NCBI GenBank assembly: GCA_020631045.1
Contig: JAHDHZ010000001.1
Coordinates: 73,852 to 136,953, forward strand
Origin: Flavobacteriales bacterium
GTDB taxonomy: Bacteria; Bacteroidota; Bacteroidia; Flavobacteriales_G; JALEGO01
DNA length: 63,102 nucleotides
Direction of reading: 5' to 3'
Positions 9,371 to 18,316 of the stretch are shown in pieces. The notes below the pieces were generated by a model. The model was not told the origin of the DNA, searched no databases, and saw nothing but the letters and a program-made list of their open reading frames with translations. The translations under genes were made by a program, and so were the position numbers. The stretch's first letter is position 1; the number at the start of each line of letters is the position of its first letter.

Positions 9371-10654
9371 ATTTGGTGTGGCAAATATATCAACTTTTTC
9401 AAACAAAAAAAGTGTTCTGTGCACATTAGATTTTAATTTATGCTGCTCTTTTAAAGAAAAGTAAGGTGCAAAAAAATCATTAAAGGCTTGTTCAGAATAA
9501 TGCTGTGCCCTTTCAGCAAAGGAGATTTTTTGCACCATCTCATCTTTGAGATCAATCCATTCAATCAACAAATACTTTTCAGTGCTCTTATGCAGAACTT
9601 GAGCAATCTTCTCAAAAGAACACAAGGCACTAAAAAACAAATGATGCACCACAGCAAAACAAATACTCAATTCAGCCTTTACATTCAACTCAGAGAGCTC
9701 TATAAAAGAAATGTGATACACAGATTTTGTTTGTTGAAACGCTTTTGATACTGCGTGAGCATCTTGCTCAACACCAATGGTTCTAACTGTTTTTTGATTT
9801 AAAAAAGAAGTATACATGCCTGTATTTGCTCCGATGTCTAGGGCTGATTTCACTTCAACCTTCTCAAGTATTGAGCTAAGAATTGCTTTTCTCTCATCAA
9901 AGTACGCATCGCTATGATTATCAAGAGTATATTCTCGCCACAAACTACTTCTACTTACTTTAAAATAAGTCACAAAATCTTCTAAAAACCTGATGATTTT
10001 CAATTGTTTTTTTACCGATTGAATCCCGCTTGATTTTCTGTGTTTTATTTTGTTTGGCAAATGAATAAGTAACAAACAATAGATATTTAGCCAGCTTCTC
10101 AAAGGCAATTCAGCACTTGCCTTGGCAAGGTCAATCCCATTTCTGTGTTCTAAAAAAATTGATTTTATGCTCCTGTAAAAGTATTTGTGATAAAATGCAG
10201 GCACTATAAACTGTTCTATAAACTGTTTTAGGGCCTTCCACCCACCTACTCCATCATGCTGCTCAAAAGAAGTAGTATCAATCAAGATCGCCTGATCATC
10301 TACAAATGTAAAATTGTGAGCTGCTGCATCTTTTAACGTCATATTATAATTTAATGCCAGCTTTTGAATTTTCAGAGTTTGATGCGCTACATGCATTAAA
10401 TGCGGCAAACTCCACTGAGTGGGCTGACTCACAAAATCTAATTGATTTGGCTTGATAATGATGTGATCTTCTGATTGCTTTATCTGTTTGAAGGGTAAGA
10501 TTAATTGTTGCTCAATCAAACTGCTGTATAAGCCAGATGCTTTAAAAACCTTAAAGTGTTGTAAATAGCTCTTTTTTAAAAACCGATACAACACACCTTT
10601 TTTATAAAAAAGGTAGGCATCAAAGTCACTGTAAGAATCAGTATGCCTTTGCAT
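9332..10654 (-). CDS. Class I SAM-dependent methyltransferase with large N-terminal domain of unknown function
   Basis: 440 aa. The C-terminal third has SAM-MT motif I (ALDIGANTGMYTSFL) and post-I (TIGVEQD). The N-terminal 260 aa were not recognised. The last 13 codons read into the tRNA gene. Confidence 0.6.
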   Translation of the reverse strand: MQRHTDSYSDFDAYLFYKKGVLYRFLKKSYLQHFKVFKASGLYSSLIEQQLILPFKQIKQSEDHIIIKPNQLDFVSQPTQWSLPHLMHVAHQTLKIQKLALNYNMTLKDAAAHNFTFVDDQAILIDTTSFEQHDGVGGWKALKQFIEQFIVPAFYHKYFYRSIKSIFLEHRNGIDLAKASAELPLRSWLNIYCLLLIHLPNKIKHRKSSGIQSVKKQLKIIRFLEDFVTYFKVSRSSLWREYTLDNHSDAYFDERKAILSSILEKVEVKSALDIGANTGMYTSFLNQKTVRTIGVEQDAHAVSKAFQQTKSVYHISFIELSELNVKAELSICFAVVHHLFFSALCSFEKIAQVLHKSTEKYLLIEWIDLKDEMVQKISFAERAQHYSEQAFNDFFAPYFSLKEQHKLKSNVHRTLFLFEKVDIFATPNGEVAQLVRAQDS

Positions 10655-10656
10655 GG

Positions 10657-10809
10657 CTATGAATTGTTTTTACCTCTTTTAAAAAAGCTCCACAAAAAAG
10701 CTTTGATGCTTTTTAAATAAAACAATACAGTCACAATACCTGCCAAGATAACTTGATAGAAATAACTGCCTGTTCCAGGATCTATATAGGCAAAGGTCAG
10801 GTTTTCCAT
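10657..10809 (-). CDS. Small (50 aa) single-pass membrane protein, unlisted ORF
   Basis: Own translation: MENLTFAYIDPGTGSYFYQVILAGIVTVLFYLKSIKAFLWSFFKRGKNNS. It has one hydrophobic helix and a basic tail. It overlaps the pyrE stop by 13 nt and ends 2 nt before the methyltransferase ATG, so it fills the gap exactly. Confidence 0.4.
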   Translation of the reverse strand: MENLTFAYIDPGTGSYFYQVILAGIVTVLFYLKSIKAFLWSFFKRGKNNS

Positions 10810-11441
10810 TTTTTAGGATTTTGCCTCCAACTTTTCAGCATTTCTATCTGATCTTGAGTAACATATCCACCCAAAACAGCACGATCAATCAAATGCAAGT
10901 AATCAGAGAGGTTATAAAGTAGGCAATCATGCTCTTTAAAAGCATCAATCGCTTTTTGAAAACCATAATTAAAAATTGAAACCATGCCCAACACTGTACA
11001 TTTTTGCTCAACAGCCTTGAGTGCTCTAAGGCTACTCATACCACTTGAAACTAGATCTTCAACCAACACAACACGATCTTCTTTGTTTAAACGTCCTTCA
11101 ATTTGATTTTGCAAACCATGGCCTTTAGACTGACTTCTAACGTAGATAAATGGTAAGTTTAAACGCTCAGCCAATAAGGCTCCGTGAGCGATTCCGCCAG
11201 TAGCAACACCAGCTATGCAACTCACCTTTGAGAACTTATCTTGTATGAGTTCTTTAAAAGCGTCTGCAATTTTTGCTCTTATTTCAGGATAAGAAAGCGT
11301 CACTCTATTGTCACAGTAAATCGGAGATAAGATTCCGCTGGCCCACTGAAAAGGTTCTTGTGGGTTTAATTTAATTGCCTTAACTTGTAAAAGCGCTTGA
11401 GCAATTTCTTGGGCGATGTTTTCTTTATATATCATGGGCAT
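10797..11441 (-). CDS. pyrE: Orotate phosphoribosyltransferase
   Basis: 214 aa. Motifs are KAIKLNPQEPFQWASGILSPIYCDNR and the PRPP loop VVLVEDLVSSGMSS. The start could be ATG 11435 (MIYKEN..). Confidence 0.9.
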   Translation of the reverse strand: MPMIYKENIAQEIAQALLQVKAIKLNPQEPFQWASGILSPIYCDNRVTLSYPEIRAKIADAFKELIQDKFSKVSCIAGVATGGIAHGALLAERLNLPFIYVRSQSKGHGLQNQIEGRLNKEDRVVLVEDLVSSGMSSLRALKAVEQKCTVLGMVSIFNYGFQKAIDAFKEHDCLLYNLSDYLHLIDRAVLGGYVTQDQIEMLKSWRQNPKKWKT

Positions 11442-12054
11442 TCAAATATTTTATCTAGGCAAAACACTGAACATTACCAAAAGTAAGAAAAGCTTTGAAG
11501 AAAGTCAGGCTGATTTAAAAATACCACAGTTAAAACCTAAAGACTTGGTAATGGTATTAAATAATTTTTTGTTGCTCTCATCTATTACTGAAGTACTGAT
11601 TTATTCAAAAAAACCCAAAGCAACGCTTAAAGAAATTCGTAAGCACTTTCAATACATCAAAGCAGCAGGCGCTGTTGTTTCTAAAAAGAATCAGATTTTA
11701 TTGATTAAACGATTCGGTATGTGGGATCTTCCTAAAGGAAAAGTTGAGCCCAAAGAATCAGCAAAAAAAGCAGCTTACAGAGAGCTTTTTGAAGAAACCA
11801 ATTGTAAATGTAAAATAGGCACAGAAATTTGCACTACCTATCACATCTACCCTTTTAAAAAAGGATTTGTTTTAAAACAAACCAAGTGGTTTGAGGCAAG
11901 AGCTAAAACTTCTAAACAACTCAAAGCACAAAAAAAAGAAGGCATTGAAAAAGTAATGTTTAAACCAAAGAAAAAAGCCCTAGAACTACTTGTTGATTCA
12001 TATATGAGTTTCAAAAAAATTAAAGACGAAATAAATGTGCACAAAAAGCGTTAA
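11416..12054 (+). CDS. NUDIX hydrolase
   Basis: NUDIX box GKVEPKESAKKAAYRELFEETN. The start is uncertain: TTG 11416, ATG 11434 (MGIQIFYLGK..) or ATG 11551. The first two overlap the pyrE start head-on. Confidence 0.75.
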   Translation: MFSLYIMGIQIFYLGKTLNITKSKKSFEESQADLKIPQLKPKDLVMVLNNFLLLSSITEVLIYSKKPKATLKEIRKHFQYIKAAGAVVSKKNQILLIKRFGMWDLPKGKVEPKESAKKAAYRELFEETNCKCKIGTEICTTYHIYPFKKGFVLKQTKWFEARAKTSKQLKAQKKEGIEKVMFKPKKKALELLVDSYMSFKKIKDEINVHKKR

Positions 12055-12063
12055 TTTTGAGTT

Positions 12064-12810
12064 ATGCGAATTATTTTCTCAACCCTAATAGTCTTCTCAA
12101 TGCTCTGTTCTCAAGCACAAGACACAAGCTCAAAAAAACTGCATACACACCTACCCATCAAGGGTGATGTGGGCATTACACTAAACATTTCTCAAATTTT
12201 CTCAGACTTCAGCATCAATGCTCCCAACGATGATGTGTATGAACATTTTTTTATTAGAAAGTATACAAAGAATGATTTAGCATGGCGCTTTGGCATTGGT
12301 TTTTTTACCAACAATACTTCATTCATTGGTCTAGACAGTGTCTCAACAGCAGCAGTAAGAACTGATTCTACCTTGAAAAACAACAAGCTTTACCTCTCTC
12401 TTGGGCTTGAAAAACACATCAATACAGGTTCTCGGTTAGACCCTTACTTTTTAGCCTCGGTAAGCTATGGAGCCATTGGCAAATCAAGTTCAAACACTGT
12501 AGTTGAACTAAGCGATACCACAGGCACTTCTTCAACCAATCGAATTATTGAAACCCCTGGAGGATCTCATTTTAGAATTTCTACAGGTGTTGGATTCAAC
12601 TATTTCATTGCTCAAAAAATTGCTCTTGGTGCAGAATATAGTTTAGGATACAACTACATTACTACAGGCGGAGATTTTTCTAAAGTAGTGGTTCAAAAAT
12701 CAGTCAGTGGCACTGAAAACATTCAAAGAACCACTGGAACAAATCAAACACAAACCAGCTCTTTTAGCTTTTTAGGCTCAGGCAGACTGAGTTTGTCTTA
12801 CTTTTTTTAA
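12064..12810 (+). CDS. Outer-membrane beta-barrel protein (hypothetical)
   Basis: 248 aa with a signal peptide (..MLCSQAQ), alternating beta-strand pattern, G/S/T-rich loops and a C-terminal ..LSLSYFF. Confidence 0.55.
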   Translation: MRIIFSTLIVFSMLCSQAQDTSSKKLHTHLPIKGDVGITLNISQIFSDFSINAPNDDVYEHFFIRKYTKNDLAWRFGIGFFTNNTSFIGLDSVSTAAVRTDSTLKNNKLYLSLGLEKHINTGSRLDPYFLASVSYGAIGKSSSNTVVELSDTTGTSSTNRIIETPGGSHFRISTGVGFNYFIAQKIALGAEYSLGYNYITTGGDFSKVVVQKSVSGTENIQRTTGTNQTQTSSFSFLGSGRLSLSYFF

Positions 12811-12816
12811 GACAAA

Positions 12817-14208
12817 TTAATTGCCTACCATTTTAGAAGCATCGACCCACTGATCAAATTGTTGCTCTGTTAAGTAACCTAAATTCAAAGCTTCTTGCTT
12901 TAAAGTAGTCCCGTTAGCATGAGCTGTTTTTGCAATTTTAGCTGCCTTATCATAACCAATATGTGTATTTAAAGCAGTTACAAGCATCAACGAATTGTCT
13001 AAATTATTTTTGATGTTTTGCTCATTGGGCTCAATGCCTACCACACAATTCTCTAGCAAAGATTTTGAAGCATCTCCCAATAATCTTGCAGAGCTTAAAA
13101 TATTGTAGGCCAACATAGGCTTGAATACATTCAATTGAAAGTGTCCTTGCATGGCTCCAGCTGAAATGGCTACATCATTGCCAATCACTTGTGCACAAAC
13201 CATGGTAATGGCCTCTGGTTGAGTAGGGTTTACTTTGCCTGGCATAATTGAAGAACCTGGTTCATTCGCCGGAATAGAAATCTCACCAATTCCACAACGC
13301 GGACCTGATGCCAACAAACGGATGTCATTGGCAATCTTCATCAAACTCACAGCAATTTGCTTAAGCGCACCATGGGTTTCAACGATTGCATCATGAGCAG
13401 CCAATCCTTCAAACTTATTTTCTGCACTCACAAAAGGCAATCCTGTGAAGTCTGCTATTTTTTTTGCGACCAATTTAGCATATCCTTTTGGAGTATTGAT
13501 GCCTGTGCCTACAGCTGTTCCACCCAAAGCCAATTCAGACAGGTGCGCAAGCGTATTTTTAAGTGCCCTTAAGCCATGGTCAATCTGAGAGGCATAAGCA
13601 GAGAATTCTTGACCTAACGTAAGGGGCGTGGCATCCATCAAATGTGTTCTGCCGATTTTCACGATGTGCTGAAAGCTTTTTGATTTTTTCTCTAGTTCAG
13701 CCAATAACTGCTCTAAGTTAGGAATGGTATTCTCAATGATGAGTTTGTAGGCAGCGATATGCATCGCCGTAGGAAAGGTATCATTTGACGATTGAGATTT
13801 GTTGACATCATCGTTTGGATGGATTGCTTTTTGTTCATCACTCAACATTCCTCCATTAATGACATGCGCTCTATTGGCGATCACTTCATTGACATTCATG
13901 TTGCTTTGAGTCCCAGAACCTGTTTGCCAAACCACTAAAGGAAATTGATCATCTAATTTTGCATCTAAAATTTCTTCACAGACCTTTGAAATCAAATCTC
14001 TTTTCTGCTCAGAAAAATCTGAAAGCTCAGCATTGGTATGTGCTGCTGCCTTCTTTAAATAAGCGAATGCACGAATAATTTCAATGGGCATAGAGCCAGG
14101 CAATCCAATCTTAAAATTGTTTCTAGAACGCTCTGTTTGCGCACCCCAATATTTGTCTGCTGGTACTTTAACCTCACCTATGGTATCTTTTTCAATTCTA
14201 TAATCCAC
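12817..14208 (-). CDS. fumC: Class II fumarate hydratase
   Basis: 463 aa. It starts [28 protein letters not shown] and carries the [13 protein letters not shown] signature. Confidence 0.95.
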   Translation of the reverse strand: MDYRIEKDTIGEVKVPADKYWGAQTERSRNNFKIGLPGSMPIEIIRAFAYLKKAAAHTNAELSDFSEQKRDLISKVCEEILDAKLDDQFPLVVWQTGSGTQSNMNVNEVIANRAHVINGGMLSDEQKAIHPNDDVNKSQSSNDTFPTAMHIAAYKLIIENTIPNLEQLLAELEKKSKSFQHIVKIGRTHLMDATPLTLGQEFSAYASQIDHGLRALKNTLAHLSELALGGTAVGTGINTPKGYAKLVAKKIADFTGLPFVSAENKFEGLAAHDAIVETHGALKQIAVSLMKIANDIRLLASGPRCGIGEISIPANEPGSSIMPGKVNPTQPEAITMVCAQVIGNDVAISAGAMQGHFQLNVFKPMLAYNILSSARLLGDASKSLLENCVVGIEPNEQNIKNNLDNSLMLVTALNTHIGYDKAAKIAKTAHANGTTLKQEALNLGYLTEQQFDQWVDASKMVGN

Positions 14209-14256
14209 AATAATTTTTTTGTCAAATTACGATATTTTATTGCACTTTTGAGAAGA

Positions 14257-14886
14257 ATGCACACGAATTATCTTCATTATTGTCTTTTATTGCTTGTTGT
14301 TGTTTTTAGCCATTGTGCTAAAGCTCAAATTGATACTGAAATACAACTTAAAGACAGAAGTTTTACTGGGCTTCGCACAGGCATTAATCTACAAAACAAC
14401 TTTATTGAATTTGGCATAGGTCACATATTTATTGACAAGCCGTGTAACAGAGACGCCAAAGACTTTAGACCAACCTGCGGATTTCCTAAACGATTAGAAC
14501 TAGATCTCACTTTTGATGTTGGTTTTGCAGGCAATCCTTTTTATGCTCAAAAATTAACACTATTGTACACGCCACTTGCCATTCATGGTGCCAAAGCCTT
14601 TAATTTCAAACCTATTTATTATACTTTTGGTCATATTATTGCGGGCATTTCTTTGATGAACATCACAGATTTTTCATCTAATCTAGTCTTGCCATTGCCT
14701 GAAATTGGGTGGATGGCCCCTGAGCGCATAGGCTTGGGCAGAAAAAACAAAAAACACAAATATGAGCTTGATTTTCGTATTAGTTATGCTCGTTATTTTG
14801 AAAATGAGCGTCTAGACCGTTATCAAATAGGAGTACATCAAATTAATTTCTTGTTTTTGTTTTTATTTAATCCAAATACACACTGA
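14257..14886 (+). CDS. Hypothetical secreted/outer-membrane protein
   Basis: The ORF track gives 14137, but a start at ATG 14257 yields a clean signal peptide (MHTNYLHYCLLLLVVVFSHCAKAQ) and avoids overlap with fumC. No family was recognised. Confidence 0.5.
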   Translation: MHTNYLHYCLLLLVVVFSHCAKAQIDTEIQLKDRSFTGLRTGINLQNNFIEFGIGHIFIDKPCNRDAKDFRPTCGFPKRLELDLTFDVGFAGNPFYAQKLTLLYTPLAIHGAKAFNFKPIYYTFGHIIAGISLMNITDFSSNLVLPLPEIGWMAPERIGLGRKNKKHKYELDFRISYARYFENERLDRYQIGVHQINFLFLFLFNPNTH

Positions 14887-14937
14887 TTTTAAGTCGTTTT
14901 TCAATCAGTTTCATTATTTTTGAGTAAAATAAAAACT

Positions 14938-15543
14938 ATGAGCTTTACATTACCTAAACTACCCTATGCATACGACGCTTTAGAGCCACATTTTGATGCG
15001 CGCACCATGGAAATTCACCATTCTAAGCATCACAACGGATACACTAACAAATTAAATGCTGCTATTGAAGGCACTGATTTAGAAGGCAAATCAATTGAAG
15101 ATATTTTAAAGCAGGGCATGAAGAGCACCGCTGTTAGAAACAATGGTGGAGGTTACTACAACCATAAGCTTTTTTGGGAAATCTTATCTGAAAATGGTGG
15201 AGGAGCTCCTTCAGGAAAACTTGCAGATGCCATCAATGATGCCTTTGGTAGTTTTGAGGGTTTCAAAGAGGCTTTTTCTAAAGCTGCTGCCACAAGATTC
15301 GGATCTGGCTGGGCATGGCTTTGTGTGCACAAAGGCGGAAAATTAGAAGTTTGTTCTACCCCCAATCAAGACAATCCATTGATGAGTGGTGTTGGATGTG
15401 AAGGATTTCCTATTTTAGGATTAGATGTATGGGAGCATGCATATTACCTTAACTACCAAAACAGAAGACCTGATTATATCGTGGCATTTTGGAATGTTGT
15501 CAACTGGGAAAAAGTATCTACTTTATTTGAACAAAACGCTTAA
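14938..15543 (+). CDS. Fe/Mn-family superoxide dismutase
   Basis: [32 protein letters not shown].. and [21 protein letters not shown] 14938 is preferred over TTG 14920. Confidence 0.93.
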   Translation: MSFTLPKLPYAYDALEPHFDARTMEIHHSKHHNGYTNKLNAAIEGTDLEGKSIEDILKQGMKSTAVRNNGGGYYNHKLFWEILSENGGGAPSGKLADAINDAFGSFEGFKEAFSKAAATRFGSGWAWLCVHKGGKLEVCSTPNQDNPLMSGVGCEGFPILGLDVWEHAYYLNYQNRRPDYIVAFWNVVNWEKVSTLFEQNA

Positions 15544-15570
15544 TCAACAAAGTCGTTTTGAAAAACTTTT

Positions 15571-15605
15571 AGGCCCTTGATCTTAAATCGAGGGCCTTTT
15601 TTTTA
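15571..15605 (+). terminator. Rho-independent terminator after SOD gene
   Basis: Stem AGGCCCT (15571-15577) pairs with AGGGCCT (15591-15597) and is followed by a T9 run. Confidence 0.75.
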
Positions 15606-15628
15606 TTTTAGACATAAATTAATGTGTT

Positions 15629-16843
15629 ATGATCACTGCTACTGATGCTTTCAAGTCGTTCAAAGGCTCTTTACTCCCCCAAGAAGAAATGCTTGAGGTG
15701 AGTGTTAAAAAAAATAAGCTCTTTATCGGAATCCCTAAAGAAATTTCTTTTCAAGAAAACCGAGTAGCTTTAGGCCCCTCATCAATTAGTGTACTTGTAA
15801 ATAACGGGCACAGAGTGGTGATTGAAAGAGGTGCAGGAACAAATGCCAATTTTACTGACAAAGACTTTAGTGAAGCCGGAGCTGAATTGGTTGATGATGC
15901 TAAAAGTGTTTACAAAGCCAATTTAATTGTCAAGGTAGCTCCTCCTTCAACCGATGAGATTAAGCTCATGCAAAGCGGTCAAACACTGGTTTCTTCATTA
16001 CAACTCTCAACACAGAAAAAAGAGTACTTTAAAAAACTTCAAGAAAAAAAAATTACAGCGATTGCTTGGGATTTCATCAAAGATGAAGAAGATATTTTAC
16101 ATGTGGTAAGAGCCATGGGTGAGATTGCAGGAAGCTCTTCTATTTTAATTGCCTCTCGATATTTAAGGGTGACCTCTGAAGGGCCAGGAATCTTACTAGG
16201 AGGCATTACTGGAGTATCTCCAACCTCTGTAGTTATTTTGGGAGCTGGTACTGTTGGGGAGTATGCCGCCAGAGCAGCACTGGGGCTTGGCGCGAATGTC
16301 AAAGTGTTTGACGATTCGGTTTTCAAATTAAGAAGATTACAAAACTCTGTGGGTCAACGAGTATTTACCTCTACCTTTCAACCAAAAGATCTCATCAAAG
16401 CCTTGAGAAGATCAGATGTTGTAATAGGTGCCATCAGAGCTCAAAAAGGACAAACCCCTTGCATTGTGTCAGATGAAATGGTACAGGTGATGAAACCTGG
16501 GTCGGTAATTATAGATGTTAGTATTGATCAAGGTGGATGTTTTGAAACCTCTAAAGTGACTGATCACAAAAAACCAGTATACAATAAATACGGCATCACT
16601 CATTACTGTGTGCCTAACATTCCTTCTTTGGTACCCAGAACAGCATCTTTAGCACTGAGCAACATCTTCTCTCCCATTCTTTTAACTATGGGAGAAGGCG
16701 GTGGAGTGAATCGCTTGATTAAAAGTAATGGGGGTATTAGAAATGGCGTCTATATTTTAAAAGGGGCACTCACCAATCAGTCGATTGGAAAGATGTATAA
16801 TCTGCCCTCAAAAGACATTGAGCTGTTGCTTTCTATTCTTTAA
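15629..16843 (+). CDS. Alanine dehydrogenase/PNT-family NAD(H)-dependent dehydrogenase
   Basis: 404 aa. Motifs are GIPKEISFQENRVALGP, the Rossmann motif VVILGAGTVGEYAARAALGLGANV, and DVSIDQGG. Confidence 0.75.
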   Translation: MITATDAFKSFKGSLLPQEEMLEVSVKKNKLFIGIPKEISFQENRVALGPSSISVLVNNGHRVVIERGAGTNANFTDKDFSEAGAELVDDAKSVYKANLIVKVAPPSTDEIKLMQSGQTLVSSLQLSTQKKEYFKKLQEKKITAIAWDFIKDEEDILHVVRAMGEIAGSSSILIASRYLRVTSEGPGILLGGITGVSPTSVVILGAGTVGEYAARAALGLGANVKVFDDSVFKLRRLQNSVGQRVFTSTFQPKDLIKALRRSDVVIGAIRAQKGQTPCIVSDEMVQVMKPGSVIIDVSIDQGGCFETSKVTDHKKPVYNKYGITHYCVPNIPSLVPRTASLALSNIFSPILLTMGEGGGVNRLIKSNGGIRNGVYILKGALTNQSIGKMYNLPSKDIELLLSIL

Positions 16844-16856
16844 TCAAAGACAGAAC

Positions 16857-17240
16857 ATGCTAAGACGTATAAGAATATATGGTGTAGGATTTTTTTTAGG
16901 CTGCCTGCTTTCTTATTTCTTTTTATTCAAAAACAGAGATCATAATTTAGATTATTGGCTACCTAAAGAGCGTATTCGAGATGAAATTATTTCAAAAAAA
17001 CATTTTTTCGATGGCTCATTTTCATGTGCACAACAGTGTTTAAATATAAATTCAGACACTGCATCTATTGAAATACTTGTTAAAACAAGTGACATAGACT
17101 TTTCAAAAAGCCAAACAAAAATAGCACAGAAAACCTATTATTTTGAGCAAGAGGCTTTCTCTTTTCAAGCTCAAATGGGCGAGGTCATTACCTTTAAAAA
17201 CTTAAGGGCAAAAAAAGATGAAAAGTGCCTTTGTAAATGA
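16857..17240 (+). CDS. Hypothetical membrane-anchored protein
   Basis: ATG 16857 (MLRRIRIYGVGFFLGCLLSYFFLF..) gives an N-terminal TM anchor. The track start at 16785 would overlap the upstream gene. ATGA overlap with aroB. Confidence 0.5.
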   Translation: MLRRIRIYGVGFFLGCLLSYFFLFKNRDHNLDYWLPKERIRDEIISKKHFFDGSFSCAQQCLNINSDTASIEILVKTSDIDFSKSQTKIAQKTYYFEQEAFSFQAQMGEVITFKNLRAKKDEKCLCK

Positions 17241-18316
17241 TTTTAGAGAAATCATATAAAATTAATAATGAACTAGTTGAAGTTTTTATTGAAAGTGATG
17301 ATTTTAACAAGCTTAATGCCTTTTTAAACTCAAAAAATTATCACAAAATCATTTTACTGGCAGACGAAAATACACTAAAGCACTGCCTGCCAATCATTGA
17401 TCAAAACTACTGCATGCTGCACAAGGCCGAAATCATTGAAGTTGACCCTCAAGAAAGTAGCAAAAGCCTTGAGTACTGCGTTCAGATTTTCAACACCCTA
17501 CAAGAGCTGCAAGTCAATAAAGACTGCTTGATTGTAAATCTAGGGGGCGGTGTGATTTGTGACTTGGGTGGATTTATAGCAAGTATTTACAAAAGAGGGA
17601 TTGACTGCATTCACCTACCTACCACCCTTTTAAGCATGATAGATGCCAGTATTGGCTCTAAAACAGCCATTAACTTAAATGATCAAAAAAACCAAATAGG
17701 CTCTTTTTACAATGCAAAAGCAGTGTTCGTGCATCCTATATTTTTACAAAGCTTGTCTGAAAGAACCCTCAAATCAGCTTTTGGAGAAATTTTAAAATAC
17801 GCTTTAATTCACGATATCGATTTATTTGACTCTATTTCAAAAACACCAATCAATCGCACTGATTTAACTGAGCTTATCGCAACATGTATCGATATCAAAA
17901 TTCATTTTATCGAACTTGATCCTTTTGATCAAAAAGAAAGAAGGTTCTTGAACTTTGGCCACACCATTGGGCATGCTCTTGAGGCTTATTTTAGTTCTAA
18001 AACCCCTATTTACCATGGAGAGGCTGTTGCTCTAGGCATTGTCTCTGAAGCCTACCTTTCAAACAAGCTAGGCAAGCTCAACGCAGAAGAACTGAAATTG
18101 ATTACCGAAACCACCTTAAACAAGTTTAATTTTAAAGGAGTCAAATTCAATGCAAGTGGAGTATATAAGCACGCACTTCAAGACAAAAAAAATGACAAGA
18201 CTGGTATAAAATGTGCACTTATCAAAGGCATAGGAATTAAAGATCGCCTTGAGACAATCAACAAAGAAGATCTTTTAGAATCGCTTGAATATCTCAAATC
18301 AATGCTTGATAAATGA
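17237..18316 (+). CDS. aroB: 3-dehydroquinate synthase
   Basis: 359 aa. It has the NLGGGVICDLGGFIASIYKRGI glycine-rich motif and the metal-binding region NFGHTIGHALE..HGEAV. Confidence 0.9.
   Translation: MILEKSYKINNELVEVFIESDDFNKLNAFLNSKNYHKIILLADENTLKHCLPIIDQNYCMLHKAEIIEVDPQESSKSLEYCVQIFNTLQELQVNKDCLIVNLGGGVICDLGGFIASIYKRGIDCIHLPTTLLSMIDASIGSKTAINLNDQKNQIGSFYNAKAVFVHPIFLQSLSERTLKSAFGEILKYALIHDIDLFDSISKTPINRTDLTELIATCIDIKIHFIELDPFDQKERRFLNFGHTIGHALEAYFSSKTPIYHGEAVALGIVSEAYLSNKLGKLNAEELKLITETTLNKFNFKGVKFNASGVYKHALQDKKNDKTGIKCALIKGIGIKDRLETINKEDLLESLEYLKSMLDK

Noticed and set aside
9234-9420. tRNA locus as an integration site of a mobile element or genomic island
   Set aside because: No integrase, no direct repeat of the tRNA 3' end and no compositional change are visible on either side. 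The neighbours are ordinary metabolic genes.
14137-14256. N-terminally extended versions of ORFs in the track (14137, 14920, 16785, 20979, 33614, 37309, 54508, 62824)
   Set aside because: Each extension overlaps the neighbouring gene and precedes an internal ATG that gives a canonical N-terminus, either a signal peptide or the conserved family start. The shorter models are preferred.
16039-16326. 95-aa Pro/Ser/Ala-rich antisense ORF in the alanine dehydrogenase-like gene; similar pairs occur inside the SOD gene (15143-15365)
   Set aside because: This is the classic antisense reading of Gly/Ala-rich Rossmann-fold coding sequence, so it is a shadow ORF.
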